Source of the DNA: an uncultured bacterium
Lineage (GTDB): Bacteria; Krumholzibacteriota; Krumholzibacteriia; Krumholzibacteriales; Krumholzibacteriaceae
Length of the DNA stretch: 64,000 bases
Direction: 5' to 3'
Assembly (NCBI GenBank): GCA_963813815.1
Contig: CAWFAD010000016.1
Span: forward strand, 416,001-480,000
In this document: in pieces, positions 46,642 to 56,266 of the stretch
Layout of the letters: each line of letters begins with the position of its first letter
Numbering within the stretch: the first letter of the stretch is position 1
Position numbers and translations under genes: made by a program
The notes under the pieces: model-generated
Database searches by the model: none
Seen by the model: only the letters and a program-made list of their open reading frames with translations
Told to the model about the DNA's origin: nothing

Positions 46642-47694
46642 TCATCCTCCTTGGCCGGCCGAAATCTCCACCGGCGGCGGCGCCGTACAGAGCAGCATCT
46701 CGCCCGTCGACGGATGCGGGAAGTATACCATCCAGGCGTGCAGAAGGAAACGGCCGCGCTCCGGCCGCGGCGCGCCGTACTCCGTGTCCCCCGCGACGGG
46801 ATGTCCGATCGAGGCGAGGTGCGCCCTGATTTGATGCGTCCGGCCGGTCTCGATCGCGATCTGCAGAAGGGCCCGGCCTCCGCTCGTTTTCCGAATGACC
46901 GAGTAGTGCGTGCGGGCTGCCTTGCCCTCGGCCGAGGTCTCGGAGCGGGATCGTCTGCCCTTGCGCGTGGCGATCGGCGAGTCGATCGTGCCGTCCCGCT
47001 CGGCGGGCACCCCTTCGACGACGGCGAGGTAGATCTTTCGCACCTCTCCCCGGGCGAAAGAGCGCGAGAGCGCCCGCGCGGCGGACCGCGTCTTCGCGAC
47101 GACGAGCACGCCGCTCGTCTCGCGGTCGAGGCGGTGAACCGGAGTGTAGGGGAACGGGGGCTCGTCGAGCGTATCCGGCGCGCCGCTCCGGCGGGGAGCG
47201 CCGGCGCGCCGCTCGTTCGTTCGCGCGTTTCGCCGCCGGTGCTCCTCGAGCGAGTCGAGGAGGGAGCCCCGATCCTTGCGGTTCCCCGGCTGAACGAGGA
47301 CTCCGGCCGGTTTGTCTATGACGAGTATTTCCTCGTCCTCGTGGAGCACCCGTATCTCCCGGCCGACGGCCGGCGGAGGACGGAGGGGCGCCTCGGCTCC
47401 GGCGGCCGCCCGCCGGGGCTCGGAGGAAGGCTTCACCGCTCTCTTCGCGGGGTGGCGTCCGGTTCTTCCGGCGGGGGGGCGCCCCGCCGCGTCGCTCGAT
47501 TCCGCGAGGTCGATGGCGACGACGTCCCCGCTCTTGAGCCGCGCGTCGCCGCCCGCCCGCTCTCCGTTGAGGTAGATGAGCCCTTTGCGCAGCAGGATCT
47601 GGATGACGCCGAAGGGCGTGCCCGGAATGCGCGCGCGCACGAAGCGGTCGAGCCGCGATCCCTGCCACTCTTTCGCGACGTCGAGTCGTTTCAT
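46642..47694 (-). CDS. RluA-family pseudouridine synthase with S4 domain (RluC/D-like)
   Basis: RLDRFV S4 domain, IDKPAG, VHRLDRETSG, TGRTHQIRAHL..IGHPVAGD, LHAW. Confidence 0.92.
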   Translation of the reverse strand: MKRLDVAKEWQGSRLDRFVRARIPGTPFGVIQILLRKGLIYLNGERAGGDARLKSGDVVAIDLAESSDAAGRPPAGRTGRHPAKRAVKPSSEPRRAAAGAEAPLRPPPAVGREIRVLHEDEEILVIDKPAGVLVQPGNRKDRGSLLDSLEEHRRRNARTNERRAGAPRRSGAPDTLDEPPFPYTPVHRLDRETSGVLVVAKTRSAARALSRSFARGEVRKIYLAVVEGVPAERDGTIDSPIATRKGRRSRSETSAEGKAARTHYSVIRKTSGGRALLQIAIETGRTHQIRAHLASIGHPVAGDTEYGAPRPERGRFLLHAWMVYFPHPSTGEMLLCTAPPPVEISAGQGG

Positions 47695-49196
47695 GGCGAC
47701 GGCGCTCCTCCGGGCGTCCCGCCTTCCCGCGGCGGGCGGTCGATCCTCTCGAGGCGCATGATTTTCGGCGACCGGCCCGAGTACGACAGGTAGAGGCACG
47801 GCGCGCGCTCCTCGGCCTCCTCCCGGCCGGCCACCGCGACGACGATCCGCCCGGGGCGCGCGAGCTCGAGCGCGTCGGCGAGATAGCCGAAGGCCATCGG
47901 CGGGTTCTCGATCGCGAGCGTTCGTACGTCGGGATGGCGGTCGCTCTCCTCGACGGCCGCCACGACGATCTCGCGATAGTACCTCGTGAACTCGTCCCAC
48001 TTGGCCTCGCTGCGGTAGTCGCGGACGACGTAGCCGGCCGCCAGCAGGAGAAAGATCGACGCGGCGAGGATCCGGCGCCAGCGGGGGCGTTCGGTCCAGA
48101 GCATCGAAAGGAGCAGGACGATCGCGAGGACCGTTCCCGCCGAGGACAGGTAATAGTACCGGCTCTGGCTGATCGACACGGTCGAAAAGAAGCGGTAGCG
48201 GAAAAAAGCGACCGGCGCGAGCGCGAGAAATCCCCATCCGACGGCGAGGTTCATGGCGAACGGTCGCCTCGCGGCGCGGCCCGCGAGAACGAGCAGCGCG
48301 GCGAGCGGAAGGGCGAGCGCCTCCGGCATGGCGATCGAGGCGGGCTCGGCGATGCGCGTCCCCGCGGGATGAAAGAGCGCGAAGAGGGGCCACGGGTAGA
48401 ATTGATAGAGAAATCCGCCGCCGGCGTTCCGGAGCGCGTGGGCGCCGGGTCCCCAGTTGTCCCTGAAGAATCCGCCCATGAAGGCGGAGCGCAGGACGAG
48501 GTAGAGCGCCGAGACCGCGGCGAGCGCCGCGAGGGCGCGACCGTCGATGCGCGGGCGGCCGCGCGCCGAACGCGCGAGCGAGTAGACGAGGGCGGCTATG
48601 AGCAGCCCCGCGATCGCCTCTTCTTTCGCCGCGAGCGCGAGGGCGTAGAGGGAGCACGCGCCGGCGATTCGGAGCGCCCCGGCTCGTTTCTCCGACAGCA
48701 GCGCGAGGAGAGCGGCGAGCAGGAAGGCGGTCGAGAGGAGCGTCGTCCGGGCGCTGATCCAGAGCACCGCCGCGGCGTGCACGCTCGTGACGGCGAAGAG
48801 CGCCGCCGCCGCGAACGCGAGGCGGGCGCTCGCGAGGAGCTTTTCGAGAAGGCGATAGTAGAGCATCGCGCAGAGCGCATGGAGGAGAACGTTGAATGCG
48901 TAATGGAGCGGAACGTTGCCCGGCGCGGCTTTCTCCATGAGCCAGAACGAGAGGTTCACTGCGGGGCGGAAGAAGTCGACGACGCGGTAGGAGAGGACGT
49001 TTCGCGGGGTCATCTCGAGCCGCGCCGCCCGAAGCCACGAGAGGTCGTCGTTGAAGAGCCAGTTGTCGAGCATGCCCCGGTACGGGAGGAGGCAGAGGAG
49101 GAGGAGCGCGACGTAGATCGTCCGCCGCGGAAGGAAGCCCCGCCCGGGGACGTCACAAGCGGCGTCGCCGCTTTTCGTTTCGGTCGTTTTCCACAT
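47691..49196 (-). CDS. Multi-TM GT-C-type glycosyltransferase (PMT/TMTC-like)
   Basis: FNDD in first loop, FFRP, NVLLH, LFA...H...V.WISAR, LAAKE, RYYYL. Confidence 0.7.
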   Translation of the reverse strand: MWKTTETKSGDAACDVPGRGFLPRRTIYVALLLLCLLPYRGMLDNWLFNDDLSWLRAARLEMTPRNVLSYRVVDFFRPAVNLSFWLMEKAAPGNVPLHYAFNVLLHALCAMLYYRLLEKLLASARLAFAAAALFAVTSVHAAAVLWISARTTLLSTAFLLAALLALLSEKRAGALRIAGACSLYALALAAKEEAIAGLLIAALVYSLARSARGRPRIDGRALAALAAVSALYLVLRSAFMGGFFRDNWGPGAHALRNAGGGFLYQFYPWPLFALFHPAGTRIAEPASIAMPEALALPLAALLVLAGRAARRPFAMNLAVGWGFLALAPVAFFRYRFFSTVSISQSRYYYLSSAGTVLAIVLLLSMLWTERPRWRRILAASIFLLLAAGYVVRDYRSEAKWDEFTRYYREIVVAAVEESDRHPDVRTLAIENPPMAFGYLADALELARPGRIVVAVAGREEAEERAPCLYLSYSGRSPKIMRLERIDRPPREGGTPGGAPSP

Positions 49197-49369
49197 GGCT
49201 CGCCGGACTCCGCCGGGCGCCCCGGACTCCGCGCCCACTCTACAGGCCCCTTTTTCCGCGAAACAAGCGTTATTTATCGTTGAGCCGCGGACGCGAAACG
49301 GGTATGATGGCCCCGTAGCTCGTGCCGTCGCGCACTCGACCCCCATTTCAGCACAACTGGAGGAACATC

Positions 49370-50851
49370 GTGAGCGGGCTTTTCGGAGTTGTTTCCAGTA
49401 CCGATTGTTCCGACGCTCTCTTCTACGGGACCGACTATCATTCGCACCTCGGAACGCAGTTCGGCGGCGTGGCGGTGCACGGCGAAGGGTTCGTCCGGCA
49501 GATCCACAACATCGGCCAGAGCCAATTCAAGTCGAAGTTTCACGAGGATCGCGCGCGGCTTCGCGGATCGAAGGGGATCGGCGTCATCAGCGCGCTCGAC
49601 GAGCAGCCGATCTACATCCGCTCGCGATTCGGCCCGTTCTGCATCGTGACGGACGGTTTCATCGACAACTCGGGCTCTCTGGCGGACGATCTCCTCGCCA
49701 CGGGCGGTTCCTTCAGCGAGTTCGGCACGGGGGGCAACGTCAATCTCACCGAGCTCGTCGCGAAGCTCATCACGCGCGGATCGAGCATCGCCGACGGCAT
49801 CGACCACATGTTCGAGTCGATCGACGGATCGTGCTCGCTGCTCCTCCTGCACGAGAACGGCGTCTACGCGGCGCGCGACCGCCTCGGCTACTTCTCGCTC
49901 GCGATCGGCCGCCGCGACGACGCCTGGGCCGTCGCGACCGAGACGAGCGCCTTTCTCAATCTCGGATTCCGCGTCGAGAAATATCTCGCCCCCGGCGAGA
50001 TCGTGCTCCTCACCGAGCGCGGGCTCGTCGAGGTGCGGCGGGGCGCGGAGGAGAACCATACCTGCGCCTTTCTCTGGATCTATACCGGGTTTCCGACCTC
50101 GTGCTACGAGGGGATCAACGTGGAGGTCGTGCGGGAGCGCAGCGGCGCGGCGCTCGCGCGGCGCGACCGCGACATCGAGATCGATCTCGTTTCGGGGATC
50201 CCCGATTCCGGGATCGGGCACGCCGTCGGCTACGCGATCGAGTCGGGCAAGCCGTTCCGCCGCCCCCTCGTCAAGTACACGCCGGGTTACGGCCGGAGCT
50301 ACACGCCTCCCTCGCAGGAGACGCGCGACCTCGTCGCCAAGATGAAGCTCATCCCGAACCCGGAGATCATCCGGGGAAACCGGATCGTCGTCTGCGAGGA
50401 TTCGATCGTGCGCGGAACGCAGCTCAAGAACTACACCGTGCGGAAGCTCTGGGAGGGGGGCGCGCGCGAGGTCCACGCGCGGCCGGCCTGCCCGCCGCTG
50501 ATGTATCCGTGCCGGTTCAATCTCTCGACGCGGAGCCTGGACGAGCTCGCCGCGCGCCGCGCCATCCGCGCTCTCGAGGGACGCGACGTCGACGACGTGT
50601 CGGCGTACGTCGATCATCGCACGGACCGGTATCGAAAAATGGTCGATTGGATCGCCCGCGACCTCGAGGTGACGACGCTGCGTTACCAGACGCTCGAGGA
50701 CATGGTCGAGGCGATCGGCCTTCCGAAGGAACGGCTGTGCCTCTACTGCTGGACGGGCGCGTACCCGTCGCCCTGGAAGCGGTCAGAGGATCGCCGGGAC
50801 GAGGAGCCTTCGGCGTCGCGAAAAGGGGAACTGGCCGCGGCAGAAAGGTAG
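49370..50851 (+). CDS. purF: Amidophosphoribosyltransferase, variant lacking the N-terminal Cys
   Basis: GGAGG RBS with GTG start (M-SGLFG); AARDRLG, SGIPDSG, CEDSIVRGTQL PRPP loop; Fe-S-type Cys residues (CAFLWIY, CPPLMYPC, CLYCWTG). Confidence 0.88.
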   Translation: MSGLFGVVSSTDCSDALFYGTDYHSHLGTQFGGVAVHGEGFVRQIHNIGQSQFKSKFHEDRARLRGSKGIGVISALDEQPIYIRSRFGPFCIVTDGFIDNSGSLADDLLATGGSFSEFGTGGNVNLTELVAKLITRGSSIADGIDHMFESIDGSCSLLLLHENGVYAARDRLGYFSLAIGRRDDAWAVATETSAFLNLGFRVEKYLAPGEIVLLTERGLVEVRRGAEENHTCAFLWIYTGFPTSCYEGINVEVVRERSGAALARRDRDIEIDLVSGIPDSGIGHAVGYAIESGKPFRRPLVKYTPGYGRSYTPPSQETRDLVAKMKLIPNPEIIRGNRIVVCEDSIVRGTQLKNYTVRKLWEGGAREVHARPACPPLMYPCRFNLSTRSLDELAARRAIRALEGRDVDDVSAYVDHRTDRYRKMVDWIARDLEVTTLRYQTLEDMVEAIGLPKERLCLYCWTGAYPSPWKRSEDRRDEEPSASRKGELAAAER

Positions 50852-50855
50852 CGAG

Positions 50856-51356
50856 ATGGCGGTACGCGACATTCTCATGCTGGGCAACTCCCAGCTCTAC
50901 AAGGAATCGAAGAAAGTCGAGCGCGACGAGCTCGAGAAGCTCCTTCCGGTCTTCGAGGACCTGCAGGACACGCTGCTCGACTTCCGCGATACGTACGGCT
51001 GGGGTCGCGCCATCGCGGCGCCGCAGATCGGCGTTTTCAAGCGCGTCGTGTTCATGCACGTGAACCAGCCGATCGTGCTCATCAATCCCGTCGTCAAGCT
51101 CCGCACGCGCCGCAAGGTCGAAGTGTGGGACGACTGCATGAGCTTTCCCGACCTCATGGTCAAGGTGAAGCGCTACCGCCGCTGCAAGGTCGAGTACCGC
51201 GACACGAGCTGGCGGAGGCAGAGCATGTACCTCGAGGGCAAGCTCGCCGCGCTCCTGCAGCACGAGATCGACCATCTCAGGGGGATTCTCGCGACCCAGC
51301 GCGCGATCACGAACATGAGCTTCGCTCTCCGGAGCGAGAGGCCGGAGGGGAAGTAG
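50856..51356 (+). CDS. def: Peptide deformylase (divergent motifs)
   Basis: GRAIAAPQIG, LINP, DDCMS, LLQHEIDHLRG. Confidence 0.88.
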   Translation: MAVRDILMLGNSQLYKESKKVERDELEKLLPVFEDLQDTLLDFRDTYGWGRAIAAPQIGVFKRVVFMHVNQPIVLINPVVKLRTRRKVEVWDDCMSFPDLMVKVKRYRRCKVEYRDTSWRRQSMYLEGKLAALLQHEIDHLRGILATQRAITNMSFALRSERPEGK

Positions 51357-51378
51357 ACCCGTCGGCCTCGAACGGCTG

Positions 51379-51415
51379 AAAGCGGCCGGCGCCTTCCGCG
51401 CGCCGGCCGCTTTTT
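51379..51415. terminator. Bidirectional Rho-independent terminator
   Basis: AAAGCGGCCGGCGC...GCGCCGGCCGCTTTTT between convergent genes. Confidence 0.8.
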
Positions 51416-52200
51416 CATGAGTGACCTTCCTCGTAGCGCTCGAGCGTTTCGACGAAGGCGGCGAGGGCGCGCTCGTCCCGCGCGACGAGGGTGACGTCGG
51501 TGAGGCTCCTCGCCGCATGGGCCGCGAGCGCCTCGACGATGGCGGCGGCCGAATCCTCGGCGGACACCTTTCCGCCCCCCGCGCCGAGAGCGGGGAGGGC
51601 GATCGATTCGGCGCCGAGCTCCTCGGCGAGGGCGAGCGCGGCCGCCGTGGCGGCGCGAATCAGCTCCGGCGTGCTCGCGGCGTCCGGCGCGCCGGCAACG
51701 GGGACGTGAATCACGTGGAGATTGGGAAGGGTTCCCGCCGTCGTCGCGACGGGCTTCTCGGTCGATATGGGCGAGCGGGAGACGGCCTCCTTCTCGATCG
51801 CGTCGCCGCCCGCAGCCTTGATCGCCGCGGCCACGCCGGCGGTCATGACGCCGCGTGGATCGGCGGGATTCACGATCGCGTCCGCGAAGAGCGCCGTGAT
51901 GTCGCCGAGACGCGCCTTGACGCAGAGCTCGCCCACGTCCGTGGTGAACTTGTTCTCGTCCATCGCGATCTCGGCGAGAACGACCTCGGGGCGGTTGCGG
52001 TAGCGTTTCACGACCTTCTCGCTCTGTCCCATGATGTAATGCAGGGATTTGAAGAGATCATCGATCGGGAGCTTCCCGTCCCGGTACGCGTGCAGCTTCT
52101 GCTCGAGCGGCCCGATGAGCTCGAGGACCTGGCGGCGCTTGAGGGTCTCTATGAACCTCGCGCGCCGCTCCTCGCGCGAATCCTGCGTGTTCCTCGCCAT
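51415..52200 (-). CDS. Macro domain (ADP-ribose-binding) protein with an N-terminal helical extension
   Basis: GDIT..ADAIVNPAD, GVAAAIKAAGG, TTAGTLP..HVIH, SIALPALGAG. About 85 extra N-terminal residues. Confidence 0.85.
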   Translation of the reverse strand: MARNTQDSREERRARFIETLKRRQVLELIGPLEQKLHAYRDGKLPIDDLFKSLHYIMGQSEKVVKRYRNRPEVVLAEIAMDENKFTTDVGELCVKARLGDITALFADAIVNPADPRGVMTAGVAAAIKAAGGDAIEKEAVSRSPISTEKPVATTAGTLPNLHVIHVPVAGAPDAASTPELIRAATAAALALAEELGAESIALPALGAGGGKVSAEDSAAAIVEALAAHAARSLTDVTLVARDERALAAFVETLERYEEGHS

Positions 52201-52348
52201 GACGTCTCCCTCCGCGATCGTTCGTTCGTCGGCACCGTAGTACCGCAATCTCTGGACATTGGCAAGAGCCCTTTTGTACAATAAAAGCCCCCCGCGGCTC
52301 GGGGGCTCTCGACGCCGCGGGGCCGATCCGATCGACGAAAGGAGATTC

Positions 52349-54451
52349 ATGAAATCGAATATGGAACGGGAACGCCGCGCGCGCGGACCGGGATGGCGCG
52401 CGTTCGCGCTCCTCGCCGGGGCGGCGTTCGCGTGTTCATCATTCGCGGCCGCGTTCGCCGGGCAGAAGCCTTTCACTCCGGAGACGCTCGCCTCGCTCAA
52501 GGCGGTCGGCGAGCCGCGGCTTTCCCCCGACGGCAGGTGGATCGTCTTTGCCGTGACCGTCACGGATTTCGAGAAGGACGGCCGCGACTCCGATATCTGG
52601 CTCATGAGCGCCGATGGAGGCGGGATGCGGCGCCTGACGACGAGCGACAAGGCGGATCAGAACCCCGAGTGGTCTCCGGACGGCGCCTCGCTGGCGTTTC
52701 TGTCGGGCAGGGACGGCTCGATGCAGATCCACGTCCTGCCGCTCGGCGGGGGGGAAGCGCGCAAGGTGACCGATTTCCCGGGCGGCGTCGGCGACATGAT
52801 CTGGACCCCGGACGGCGGGGGGTTCGTGTTCGCGGCCGACGTCTATCCGGATTGCCCCGATCTCGACTGCACCAGGAAACGGGACGAGGAGCGGGACCGG
52901 AGCAAGGTCTCGGCCAAGGTGCATGAAACGCTTCTGTACCGGCACTGGGACGCATACGAGGACGGAAAGGTCCAGCACCTCTTCCACGTTCCGGCGGAGG
53001 GCGGCACGCCGCGCGATCTCACGCCCGGTCTCCGTTTCGACGCGCTCACCTACTGGCTCGCTTCGGCGGGGCGCGATTTCGATCTCGCTCCCGACGGCGG
53101 GACGGTCTATTTCTCGGGCAAGCAGGACGCCGATCAGGCCGTCTCCTACAACGAGGACATTTGGGCCGCGTCGCTCGCGGGGGGCGGCGCGAGGAAGATC
53201 ACGACGAACCCGGCCGCCGACTCTCATCCGCGCGTTTCGCCCGACGGACGCAGGCTCGCCTGGCGGGCGACGAGGCGGCCCCGGTACGAATCGGACCGCT
53301 ACGAGCTCGTCGTGATGGATCTCCCCGCGGGCGAGCCGAGGAGCCTCACCGCCGGATACGACCGGAGCGTGGGCGCCTTCTTCTGGGCGCGCGACGGAAA
53401 GAGCATCTACTTCGAGGTCGAGGACAGGGGCGACGTCGATCTCTGCGCCGTGCCGGCGCGCGGCGGCGACGTCAAAAAAGTGATCGGCGCTCCGGCCGCG
53501 GGGAAGGGTTTCCACCGGGACGTCGAGGCGGGGCCGAAGGACGAGTTCTTTATCTACCGCCATCGCCCGATGGCGCACGCCTTCGAGATCTTCCGCTGCG
53601 ACCGCGCGGGCCGCGGCGTCAAGCAGCTCACCTTCGTCAACCGGGACGTGTACGAGGAGCATTTCGTCCCGCAGGCGTCCGAAGAGATCTGGTGGAAGGC
53701 GCCCGACGGCGCGGACGTTCAGGGCTGGCTCGTCAAGCCGATGGACTTCGATCCCTCGAAACGCTATCCGATGATGGTGCGCGTGCACGGCGGGCCGCAG
53801 CAGATGTGGGTGAACGGGTTCCGGGCCGAGTACGCGATCTTCGCCGGCGCCGGCTACGCCGTTTTCTTCTGCAACCCGCGTGGCTCGGGCGGCTACGGGC
53901 AGAAGTTCTGCGACGAGATTCAGGGGGACTGGGGCGGCAAGGTCGTCGACGATCTCAAGGCGGGGGTCCGGGCGGCGCTCGCCGCGTACCCATGGATCGA
54001 CGGCGCGAAGGTCGGCGCGTGGGGCGATTCCTACGGAGGCTTCTTCTGCAATTGGCTCGAGGGGCACAACGAGGACGGGATGTTCGCCGCGCTCGTTTCG
54101 CACGCGGGGGAGGCGGAGCAGTGGAGCGCGTACGGCTCGACCGAAGAGCTTTGGTTCCCCGAATGGGATCTCACGGGCGCGCCATGGGAGCGCCCGGAGC
54201 TCTACGACAAGCTCTCCCCCATCCGCTACGCGGCGAGCTTCGGCACGCCGATGCTCATTACGCACGGCGAGCTCGATTTTCGCGTCCCGATCACCGGCGG
54301 CGAGCAGATGTTCACCGCGCTCCAGCGCCGCGGCGTGCCGTCGAGGATGATCCGGTTCCCCGACGAGAATCATTGGATACAGAAGCCGCAGAACACGCGG
54401 TTTTGGTACGCGTCGATCGTGGAGTGGTTCGACGAGTGGCTGAAAAAGTGA
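52349..54451 (+). CDS. S9-family (acylaminoacyl/dipeptidyl) peptidase, secreted
   Basis: AAGGAG RBS; PD40-like repeats (SPDG); VHGGP, NPRGS.GYG, GDSYGG (Ser), ELDFRV (Asp), DENHW (His). Confidence 0.93.
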   Translation: MKSNMERERRARGPGWRAFALLAGAAFACSSFAAAFAGQKPFTPETLASLKAVGEPRLSPDGRWIVFAVTVTDFEKDGRDSDIWLMSADGGGMRRLTTSDKADQNPEWSPDGASLAFLSGRDGSMQIHVLPLGGGEARKVTDFPGGVGDMIWTPDGGGFVFAADVYPDCPDLDCTRKRDEERDRSKVSAKVHETLLYRHWDAYEDGKVQHLFHVPAEGGTPRDLTPGLRFDALTYWLASAGRDFDLAPDGGTVYFSGKQDADQAVSYNEDIWAASLAGGGARKITTNPAADSHPRVSPDGRRLAWRATRRPRYESDRYELVVMDLPAGEPRSLTAGYDRSVGAFFWARDGKSIYFEVEDRGDVDLCAVPARGGDVKKVIGAPAAGKGFHRDVEAGPKDEFFIYRHRPMAHAFEIFRCDRAGRGVKQLTFVNRDVYEEHFVPQASEEIWWKAPDGADVQGWLVKPMDFDPSKRYPMMVRVHGGPQQMWVNGFRAEYAIFAGAGYAVFFCNPRGSGGYGQKFCDEIQGDWGGKVVDDLKAGVRAALAAYPWIDGAKVGAWGDSYGGFFCNWLEGHNEDGMFAALVSHAGEAEQWSAYGSTEELWFPEWDLTGAPWERPELYDKLSPIRYAASFGTPMLITHGELDFRVPITGGEQMFTALQRRGVPSRMIRFPDENHWIQKPQNTRFWYASIVEWFDEWLKK

Positions 54452-56265
54452 GCATACTGGGCATTTCGGCCTTTTACCACGACAGCGCCGCGGCGCTCGT
54501 CGTCGACGGCGAGATCGTCGCCGCGGCGCAGGAGGAGCGTTTCACGCGGAAGAAGCACGACTTCGATTTTCCGCGGCGGGCGGCGCGATACTGTCTCGCC
54601 GAGGCGGGAATCGCCGCCGCCGATCTCGACGCCGTGGTTTTCTACGACAAGCCGATCCTCAAGTTCGAACGCATTCTCGAGACGTATCTCGCGTACGCCC
54701 CGCGGGGGATTCGCTCCTTCTTCGCGTCGATGCCGCTCTGGCTCCGGGAGAAGCTCTTCGTCCCCTCGATCATCCGCAGGGAGCTCGGCTACGAGGGGGA
54801 CGTCCTCTTCACCGAGCATCACGAGGCGCACGCCGCCTCGGCGTTCTATCCGTCTCCCTTCCGCGAGGCCGCGATCGTGACCCTCGACGGCGTCGGCGAA
54901 TGGACGACGACGAGCTGGGGCGTGGGACGCGACAACCGCATCGAGCTTCACGAGGAGATCCGGTTCCCGCATTCGCTCGGGTTGCTCTACTCGGCGTTCA
55001 CCTACTTCACGGGTTTTAAGGTCAACTCGGGCGAATACAAGCTCATGGGGCTCGCGCCCTACGGGGAGCCGCGCTACGTCGACGTCATCCTGCGCGAGCT
55101 CATCGATCTGCGGGAAGACGGATCGTTCCGTCTCAACATGAAGTATTTCGATTACGCGGCCGGCCTCACCATGACGAACCGGCGCTTCGCGGAGCTCTTC
55201 GGCGGCCCGCCGCGGCGAAGCGAGGCGGAGATCACGCGGCGCGAGATGGACCTCGCGCGCTCGATCCAAGCGGTCGCCGAGGAGGTCATGCTGCGCATCG
55301 CCCGGCACGTGGCCCGGGAAACGGGCATGAAGCGTCTCTGCCTCGCGGGCGGTGTGGCCCTGAACTGCGTCGGCAACGGGCGCATCCTGCGCGAGGGACC
55401 CTTCGAGGACGTCTGGATACAGCCGGCGGCCGGAGACGCCGGGGGAGCGCTCGGCGCGGCGCTTCTCGTCTGGCACGAGCATTTCGGCGCGCCGCGCGCG
55501 GTCCGCGAAGGGCGCGACTCCCAGCGCGCCTCGTACCTCGGACCCGCTTTTTCGGAGAAGGAGATCGAGAGCTACCTCAAGGAGAACGGGCTCGGGTACG
55601 AGAGGCTACGCGACGGGGAGCTTTCCGACCGCGTCGCCTCGCTCTGCGAGGCGGGGGCGGTCGTCGGGTGGTTTCAGGGCAGGATGGAGTTCGGCCCCCG
55701 CGCCCTCGGAAGCCGCAGCATCATCGGCGACGCCCGATCGCCCGCGATGCAGAAGACCATGAATCTCAAGATCAAGTACCGCGAGTCGTTCAGGCCCTTC
55801 GCTCCGACGGTCCTCGAGGATCGCGTCTCGGAGTACTTCGAGCTCGACCGCGAGAGCCCGTACATGCTGCTGACCGCGCGGGTGCGGCGGGACAAATGCG
55901 TCGATTGCGGCCCCGAGGGGGAGCGGGCGGACGGTCTCGCGAAGCTCGACCTCGTGCGCTCGGAAATTCCCGCCGTCACGCACGTCGATTACTCGGCGCG
56001 CGTCCAGACCGTCAGACGGAGCGACAACCCGGCCTACTACGACATGATCGAGGCCTTCCGGCGGCGAACCGGCTGCGCGGTGATCATCAACACGTCGTTC
56101 AACGTGCGCGGCGAGCCGATCGTCTGCACGCCGCACGACGCCTACCGGTGCTTCATGCGGACGGAGATGGATTACCTCGTGATGGAAAACTTCCTGCTCG
56201 ACAAGACGCTGCAGCCGAAGCTCGACGAGGAGACGGACTGGAGAACGGAGTTCGCGCTCGATTGA
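54448..56265 (+). CDS. Carbamoyltransferase (NodU/CmcH family)
   Basis: ILGISAFYHDSAAAL, QEERFTRKKH, EHHEAHAASAF, GEYKLMGLAPYG, AGGVALNC, EFGPRALG, RESFRPFAP, NTSFN. GTGA overlap with the S9 gene. Confidence 0.95.
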   Translation: MSILGISAFYHDSAAALVVDGEIVAAAQEERFTRKKHDFDFPRRAARYCLAEAGIAAADLDAVVFYDKPILKFERILETYLAYAPRGIRSFFASMPLWLREKLFVPSIIRRELGYEGDVLFTEHHEAHAASAFYPSPFREAAIVTLDGVGEWTTTSWGVGRDNRIELHEEIRFPHSLGLLYSAFTYFTGFKVNSGEYKLMGLAPYGEPRYVDVILRELIDLREDGSFRLNMKYFDYAAGLTMTNRRFAELFGGPPRRSEAEITRREMDLARSIQAVAEEVMLRIARHVARETGMKRLCLAGGVALNCVGNGRILREGPFEDVWIQPAAGDAGGALGAALLVWHEHFGAPRAVREGRDSQRASYLGPAFSEKEIESYLKENGLGYERLRDGELSDRVASLCEAGAVVGWFQGRMEFGPRALGSRSIIGDARSPAMQKTMNLKIKYRESFRPFAPTVLEDRVSEYFELDRESPYMLLTARVRRDKCVDCGPEGERADGLAKLDLVRSEIPAVTHVDYSARVQTVRRSDNPAYYDMIEAFRRRTGCAVIINTSFNVRGEPIVCTPHDAYRCFMRTEMDYLVMENFLLDKTLQPKLDEETDWRTEFALD

Positions 56266-56266
56266 T

